This document shows, one piece after another, positions 58,308 to 64,000 of a stretch of 64,000 nt of DNA (positions are counted from its first letter, which is position 1; each line of letters opens with the position of its first letter). The notes under the pieces were generated by a model. The model searched no databases, had not been told where the DNA came from, and was given only the letters and a program-made list of their open reading frames with translations. The stretch covers positions 16,817-80,816 of the forward strand of contig CALZHD010000001.1 of NCBI GenBank assembly GCA_945787155.1, read 5' to 3'. A program made the translations under genes and the position numbers. The stretch is from an uncultured Gammaproteobacteria bacterium (lineage in GTDB: Bacteria; Pseudomonadota; Gammaproteobacteria; SZUA-140).

Positions 58308-58622
58308 CTACCCTTTGTCACCACCCATACACGGTGGAGACAAAGGTGCCTGTCCATGCTTCTCATGCCATTCATCAAGGGTATAGAGGTGCAATGCTAG
58401 CGCATGCACTCCAGACCTAAGCTCGTCCGCAAGCAGCTGATATATCTTCTGATGACGTTTGACCAGGCTCTCATTAACAAATGCATCTGACACCATCACC
58501 ACCTTGAAGTGGGATTCTGAACCTGGTGGCACATTGTGATTGCCACTCTCATTAATCACCTCAAGATGCTGTGGTGCCAGTGCATTAATGAGTTTTTGTT
58601 TGATCTGATTTTGCATCTGCAT
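58308..58622 (-). CDS. BolA family protein
   Basis: 104-aa BolA/YrbA-like sequence. Confidence 0.75.
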   Translation of the reverse strand: MQMQNQIKQKLINALAPQHLEVINESGNHNVPPGSESHFKVVMVSDAFVNESLVKRHQKIYQLLADELRSGVHALALHLYTLDEWHEKHGQAPLSPPCMGGDKG

Positions 58623-58647
58623 ATCTTAATACCTTCGTAGAAAGTAA

Positions 58648-59511
58648 TTACTTTTTTGGCTTTGGGCCACGTCGCCCAGCACGAAAATAATGATGATTGT
58701 CGTAATACCCCTCTTCACTATTATCCTCATCCCAGCCAGGCATTCCCAAGATGGGAAAAGGGGCAAGGTCTTTGGGTACACTCAACTGCTCACGGTCTGC
58801 AAGTAGCTCAACCAAAGCACCATCAACCCACGCCAGTTGTTCGTTATTGCTTAACTGAAAAAATCCCTCTTCACAGTGAAGCAGAATAGTATTCGCGGTC
58901 ATGCCGATATAAGGCTCCAGTCCCTTTTCATACAGTGCATGACCAAAGACGATACACCTGAGCCGTTGCTGCAACGCTTCGCGCTGCTGCCAGAAAAGCG
59001 GTTTCCACTGAAACTCACTGATCATCTGCAACAATTTTTCATCTGATGAAATCACCACAGCCCCGCCCTCATCAAACAGTGACAACATGTTTTCAAGCGG
59101 GGTACGTCTGCCCAGCTCGACTCCAGAGGTAAGACGCGCCTGCGCCAATGGGATATGAATCTCGTTAATCAGCGCCTTGGTTCGGGGAAACATAATCCAC
59201 GTCAGCAACTGAAAGAAATCGTGCCAGTTCTCGGTACGCGTCTGAATTTCACCACTCATATAGATACGCGGCGCATAGTGCTGTTCAAAATGGCCCGGCT
59301 TGTCTGCCTGAGGAACAATGCGCAAAGGAAATCCGTTACGCGTCATCACCGGTGAGGTCTGCTGCTCTAGCAGACGCTGATAGCCATCAAGCATCGGCCA
59401 TTCATCTTTAAATGAGTGGCACCATGATTCAAATGCCACCAGGGTTGAAAACATCGGTGAACGCGATGCAAATGCAGGATCCCACAGAGATGAAACTTCT
59501 AGTCGAGCCAA
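58648..59511 (-). CDS. Conserved hypothetical protein (DUF3025-like)
   Basis: 287-aa ORF. Family assignment from memory of the gammaproteobacterial DUF3025 pattern; no catalytic motif. Confidence 0.45.
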   Translation of the reverse strand: MARLEVSSLWDPAFASRSPMFSTLVAFESWCHSFKDEWPMLDGYQRLLEQQTSPVMTRNGFPLRIVPQADKPGHFEQHYAPRIYMSGEIQTRTENWHDFFQLLTWIMFPRTKALINEIHIPLAQARLTSGVELGRRTPLENMLSLFDEGGAVVISSDEKLLQMISEFQWKPLFWQQREALQQRLRCIVFGHALYEKGLEPYIGMTANTILLHCEEGFFQLSNNEQLAWVDGALVELLADREQLSVPKDLAPFPILGMPGWDEDNSEEGYYDNHHYFRAGRRGPKPKK

Positions 59512-59532
59512 AACAGTAAAACCAAACAGGAA

Positions 59533-60165
59533 TCAGTGCTGTCGATTGCGCCAGTAGTTATAGAGTCCGACCACTGATCCCGGCAACATCTCAATCCAGG
59601 CCTCGTACTCCTCATCATCCATGTCGCTCTCCTCGTCATCATGCAGCAGTGCCAATTTCGCGATGGGGGCCAACAATGTCTGCTCCGCCTTGGGTAACTG
59701 TTCCCAGTGGTGGCTCTGACTGGCAACACCGAGCATAAAACCGAAACACCACCCTTCATAAGACTCAACCACCTCATCCCCATCCACCTCTTCAAGCATC
59801 ATCGGCTCAAAGGGCGACTGACTGGCCAAGGCAGTCGAAATCTCTTGCTGCATACGTAATAGGTAACCACGCATGCGTGCTTCACTCGTAGCATCAGAAA
59901 ATAGCGGAGAGCCCCATACCGCTTCAAGCCACTCATCACATGCGGTCATCTCAGGCCCAACGGTCAACGCCGTCAGGTAGCCGTGCGCCTCATCGACAGT
60001 CAGACGATCTTCGCCCTCCTCCGCTGCCAGTAGAAAACCATCTAATTCGGAGAACTCCTCATCCGTCAGTTGCGCTTCGATTTGGGATGACATTAATATA
60101 AGTCCTGTGAGTGAATGAATTATGCCCGCCAATCGTTGCATTGCCGGCAAAACAGACTGTTTCAA
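59533..60165 (-). CDS. YecA/UPF0149-family acidic protein
   Basis: Acidic protein resembling the UPF0149 (YecA N-domain) family. The likely start is the downstream Met (MSSQIEAQ) at about 60093. Confidence 0.45.
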   Translation of the reverse strand: MKQSVLPAMQRLAGIIHSLTGLILMSSQIEAQLTDEEFSELDGFLLAAEEGEDRLTVDEAHGYLTALTVGPEMTACDEWLEAVWGSPLFSDATSEARMRGYLLRMQQEISTALASQSPFEPMMLEEVDGDEVVESYEGWCFGFMLGVASQSHHWEQLPKAEQTLLAPIAKLALLHDDEESDMDDEEYEAWIEMLPGSVVGLYNYWRNRQH

Positions 60166-60219
60166 ATCTTCTGCGTCAAGGGGATTTTAATCGATCTACC
60201 CTCAACATCAAAGTAAACT

Positions 60220-60480
60220 GTGATATTAAACATGAAAACACCTGCCGAGATACCATCGCTGCTGCCAGACCCAGAGGTCATGAAAAAATTGATTCACACC
60301 CGCATGCCATTCGGTAAGTACAGTGGCAGACTGCTAATCGATCTACCAGAACCCTACGTGGTGTGGTTTGCCAGCAAGGGTTTTCCATCCGGTGAACTCG
60401 GTGAACTGCTCAGCATCGTCCATGAAATCAAGATTAATGGGCTCGAATCACTCTTCGCCCCACTCAGATCCAGCCCCTGA
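60220..60480 (+). CDS. DUF3820-family small protein
   Basis: MPFGKYSGRLLIDLPEPYVVWF motif characteristic of DUF3820. Confidence 0.5.
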   Translation: MILNMKTPAEIPSLLPDPEVMKKLIHTRMPFGKYSGRLLIDLPEPYVVWFASKGFPSGELGELLSIVHEIKINGLESLFAPLRSSP

Positions 60481-60506
60481 CAGGCGTTCCACCAGCTGAT
60501 CAACGG

Positions 60507-60929
60507 CTATTGCTGCTCGTACAGCTCACGAATACCTTCGAGGCGACGACGGTTGGCACCAAAATCATAATAGCCACTGCGCGATGCCGATCGCATCTGA
60601 ATCAACTCTTTTTCATCATCAAAAAAGAAGGTTACATCATCGATAAAACGCAATATCGAACTCGTTACCTTTACCCGCAATAAGGATCGGGTGTCTTCAA
60701 TGATCTCGGTATTGTCTAACTGCGACAGCGCCGCCAACAAACGCAAGCGTGCCGTGGCGCGATCACCCCCATAGCTCATCGGTGCAATCCGGTGGTCATC
60801 ATCAGTGGCCAACGATGAGACGCAGTTGGGGCTCTCCGGGCATGGTTCTAGTCTGTCATCTGCCATAATATTCGTAGCGGCACACCATAATAAAATTATC
60901 AGACAAGAGCGTAACGGCAATAACCTCAT
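60507..60929 (-). CDS. DUF1499-family protein
   Basis: Signal peptide and [10 protein letters not shown] motif typical of DUF1499. Confidence 0.55.
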   Translation of the reverse strand: MRLLPLRSCLIILLWCAATNIMADDRLEPCPESPNCVSSLATDDDHRIAPMSYGGDRATARLRLLAALSQLDNTEIIEDTRSLLRVKVTSSILRFIDDVTFFFDDEKELIQMRSASRSGYYDFGANRRRLEGIRELYEQQ

Positions 60930-61432
60930 TGCTGCCAGTTCATCACAGGAATAGTTGAAATACTATTTTTAGGCGAGCCATCGACCAGCTTGTCACTGTA
61001 ACTCAAATAGATCAACGTTTTGCGTTTAGCATCATAAAATCGTACCACTTGCAGTGATTTAAACAGGATCGATGTGCTCTTCTTAAATACCTCCTGACCA
61101 TTAAACTCACCCGATCTGACCCTGCTCGGCAGAGTAATCGCGCCTGTCTGTCGACAGGCGATCGAGGCATCGGAGGTATCTTCAGCAAGTCCCAAAGAAC
61201 CGCTCATACCCCCCGTTCTGGCGCGACTCAGGTGACAGGTCGCTCCGGGGATCAATGGGTCATCAAACGCCTCCACCACAATCGTGTCATTGGCCCCCAT
61301 CAATTTGAATTTAGTACTGACGCTACCAATCTCCTCGGCATATAGCGATTGTGACAACATCACTGATAAAACCGTCACCAGTGCCATCATAAAAAATCGA
61401 CCATTAATATGAAAATAGCTCATTTTTCCCAA
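60926..61432 (-). CDS. creA: CreA-family periplasmic protein
   Basis: Signal peptide plus CreA-like sequence. Stop overlaps the start of the downstream DUF1499 gene. Confidence 0.55.
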   Translation of the reverse strand: MGKMSYFHINGRFFMMALVTVLSVMLSQSLYAEEIGSVSTKFKLMGANDTIVVEAFDDPLIPGATCHLSRARTGGMSGSLGLAEDTSDASIACRQTGAITLPSRVRSGEFNGQEVFKKSTSILFKSLQVVRFYDAKRKTLIYLSYSDKLVDGSPKNSISTIPVMNWQQ

Positions 61433-61537
61433 CCTTACGTAAAAACATTTGCGTTCAATAGTGGGATTCTATCCCACAAAGCTAAAGGGTGACAGTCAAT
61501 CTGCCGCTCAATTAAATAGATAGGTCAAAAACAGCAG

Positions 61538-61990
61538 ATGGAGACCTTGGCAATGATAAAACGATTGAAAGATATACCGGTCTACTCAAGCGCTCAAACC
61601 ACCATTGAGTCTGAGCTCTTCAACACCATCCGTATTGCCACACAACGTCTGGCACTGCCGATACGGCTCTCACTGCCGCGCTTCCAATATGTCGATATCA
61701 TCATTGATCACGATTCATGGGCCTGCGTCGATAGAAGCCTTAATGACCTGCCCATCATCTCATGGACAAAATTTGAAATCGCAACCCGCTCAACACTGCA
61801 TCTACCGGTGGAGTGCCTAATTTCCAATTACCACTTTCAGTCAACACAGGTAGCCGTAGGGGCGTTGGCTTTCACCAAAATGGCACTGGAAAGAAAACTA
61901 TCAGCACTTACAACCATTGACCCACAACAAAAGATGTCAGCTAACATCAGCCAGCTATATTGCCAGTTACCACGTACCTCTCTGAAATAA
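61538..61990 (+). CDS. Hypothetical protein
   Basis: 150-aa ORF with no recognisable motif. Confidence 0.3.
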   Translation: METLAMIKRLKDIPVYSSAQTTIESELFNTIRIATQRLALPIRLSLPRFQYVDIIIDHDSWACVDRSLNDLPIISWTKFEIATRSTLHLPVECLISNYHFQSTQVAVGALAFTKMALERKLSALTTIDPQQKMSANISQLYCQLPRTSLK

Positions 61991-62065
61991 ACACGCCTGC
62001 ACCTAACCAGAGTCTTTTATCAATGAGGTATACTGCCCGTATTAATTAATGCGGGAGAGACCACA

Positions 62066-62497
62066 TTGAACTACTACGCCATCATCATTGGTGCTTTTAT
62101 CGTCGTCGGTTTGATCATCACTGCCTTTGGCTGGCGCGCCTTTCAAAGAGGCAAGGCTACCGCACAATGGCCATCTGTCAGCGGCGAGATCAGCGCAGCC
62201 CGCCTCGCATCTGATGAAAATGACCTGTTACCCGACATCCGTTTTAGCTATTCCATTGATTCAAACCATCATGAAGGCCGGGTTGAATTCCCCCCGGGTA
62301 CCATGCCGATGCCAGGCTTTGCCAGCAATCAACTCGAAAAATATCCGCTGGGCAGCAAGGTAACGGTCTACTACAACCCCCAGCGGCCAGATCAAGCGAC
62401 GCTGGAACCAGGACGCGCCAATGATGATTGGCTGGTGCTGGCCACAGGCATCGGCTTCACCGCAATCGGCCTCCTCGCAATGTTTTTCAGCGGTTAA
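62066..62497 (+). CDS. DUF3592-family membrane protein
   Basis: N- and C-terminal TM helices flanking a soluble domain, typical of DUF3592. Confidence 0.5.
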   Translation: MNYYAIIIGAFIVVGLIITAFGWRAFQRGKATAQWPSVSGEISAARLASDENDLLPDIRFSYSIDSNHHEGRVEFPPGTMPMPGFASNQLEKYPLGSKVTVYYNPQRPDQATLEPGRANDDWLVLATGIGFTAIGLLAMFFSG

Positions 62498-62618
62498 ATT
62501 AAGGAGAACACAGCGTGACTGGGCGAAGTACATAGCGCCTTCTTTTTCTCTTCAAATGAAAACTGGACTCATTTGTCACCGCCCCCTTTTTTCCTTTTTT
62601 CCGTTTGACAGGATCTGG

Positions 62619-64000
62619 CTAATGGGCGACCCGCTCAAGGGCAAGTCTGCTGAATAAAAACTCAGTCATCTCATCGGAAGGAATGGGTCTCGAGTAATAA
62701 TAGCCCTGGAAGAAATCGCAACCACTCTCCATCAGCATGTCAATTTGCGCCTTTGTCTCAACACCCTCTGCAATGATCTCAAGATCAAGACTCTGTGCCA
62801 GCACTATTACAGCCCTCGAGATAGCCGCGTCTTCGATATTATCCGGCAACTCTTTAACAAAAGATTGATCTATCTTGAGCTTGGAGATTGGCAATTTCTT
62901 TAGATATGAGAGGGAGGAATAACCTGTCCCAAAGTCATCAAGTGACAATTTAATTCCTAACTCGTTAACTTTATCCAATATCTTTATTGATTTTTCTGGA
63001 TCCTCCATCACCTGCCCTTCAGTCACTTCAAACTCGATCCAGGAGGGGTCACAATCGCTGATCGCCATATATTTATTCATGGCACTGAGAAAGTCTTTTT
63101 GATGAAGCTGTTTCATAGAAAGGTTTAATGACAATGTGCCTGGGCTCAGGCCCTTTCTATACCAGGCCACCAGCTGCCTCATAGATGTCTTAATAACAAT
63201 ACGATCTATCTCAACCATTAGCCCGGTCAATTCTGCGACAGGAATAAATGCACCAGGAAAAATCAACCCCTCTGATGGGCTATTCCAGCGAACAAGCGCC
63301 TCCACTCCAACAAGCTCATTTGTTCTTGCATTAATCTGCGGCTGATAGTAAACACAAAACTCGTCATTATTCAGTGCGTCTCGCAGACTTGCTTCCATCT
63401 TCACTCTTTCAAAGGCTTGAGCAGTCATTTCAGCGGAATAATATTGGAAATTATTTCTACCCTCCCGCTTCGCTTTATACATTGCCGCATCAGCATTCTT
63501 AAGCAAGTCGTTGGAAGTCTCTCCATCATCTGGATATATACTTATACCAATGCTACCTCCAACATGCAGCGCGTAACCTTCAATGTTAATTGGTTTTGCG
63601 ATAGCCTCTAGAACCTTTGCCGCCAGCAAGGATGCATCATGCTCTCGCGGCACACCCTCCATCAAAACAGTAAACTCATCACCACCTAAACGCGCTAAAG
63701 TATCTTCTGCGCGTATTGTTTGATTTAATCTCCGGGTCACAACTTTCAGAACTCTGTCACCAACTCTATGACCAAGCGAATCGTTAATCTCCTTGAAACG
63801 GTCAAGATCAATAAAAAGAAGAGCCATTTGGGCATGATCCCGTTGAGACTTCACGATACCTTGATCAAGCCGATCATCAAAAAGCACACGGTTAGCTAAT
63901 CCGGTTAATGAGTCATGATTAGCATGATAATGTAGTTCATCTGCCTGCTTACGTAATCTTTCTTGTTGTTCCATCTGAGTGGTCACATCAGTATTGAAAC
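62619..64000 (-). CDS. GGDEF-EAL diguanylate cyclase/phosphodiesterase, N-terminally truncated by the window edge
   Basis: GGDEF motif (RLGGDEFTV) and EAL motif (EALVRW). The frame is open from the window edge, and the first in-window start is a GTG. Confidence 0.85.
   Translation of the reverse strand, partial: FNTDVTTQMEQQERLRKQADELHYHANHDSLTGLANRVLFDDRLDQGIVKSQRDHAQMALLFIDLDRFKEINDSLGHRVGDRVLKVVTRRLNQTIRAEDTLARLGGDEFTVLMEGVPREHDASLLAAKVLEAIAKPINIEGYALHVGGSIGISIYPDDGETSNDLLKNADAAMYKAKREGRNNFQYYSAEMTAQAFERVKMEASLRDALNNDEFCVYYQPQINARTNELVGVEALVRWNSPSEGLIFPGAFIPVAELTGLMVEIDRIVIKTSMRQLVAWYRKGLSPGTLSLNLSMKQLHQKDFLSAMNKYMAISDCDPSWIEFEVTEGQVMEDPEKSIKILDKVNELGIKLSLDDFGTGYSSLSYLKKLPISKLKIDQSFVKELPDNIEDAAISRAVIVLAQSLDLEIIAEGVETKAQIDMLMESGCDFFQGYYYSRPIPSDEMTEFLFSRLALERVAH

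Overview
This window looks like a chromosomal segment from a gammaproteobacterium (about 50% GC), dominated by a polar-flagellum regulon of the Pseudomonas/Vibrio type, all on the minus strand (fliK-fliJ-fliI-fliH-fliG-fliF-fliE-fleR-fleS-fleQ-X-fliT-fliS-fliD-flaG-fliC). The standout feature is a 1482-aa protein made of two tandem TPR + O-GlcNAc-transferase-like (GT41) modules, encoded divergently next to an unusually long (about 705 aa) Thr/Ala/Gly/Ser-rich flagellin. I propose this pair as a candidate flagellin O-glycosylation system. Readable sigma-28 and sigma-54 promoter matches and a fliC terminator support the flagellar calls. The rest is mostly housekeeping. There is ligA, then a lexA plus Y-family polymerase operon whose upstream repeat is GTTC-N7-GTTC rather than the gamma-type CTGT-N8-ACAG, then a di-haem peroxidase-family lipoprotein convergent with a cytochrome P450. 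Further on come purEK, a cation antiporter, greA-carB-carA-dapB, and dnaJ-dnaK-grpE-hrcA with a perfect CIRCE operator and a sigma-32-like dnaK promoter, then nadK-recN. Several proteins carry c-di-GMP or cNMP signalling domains: three or four PilZ-type proteins, a cNMP-binding protein and a truncated GGDEF-EAL protein at the window edge. There is also a decayed selO pseudogene and a run of small conserved DUF genes. I found no tRNA or rRNA genes, CRISPR arrays or transposases.
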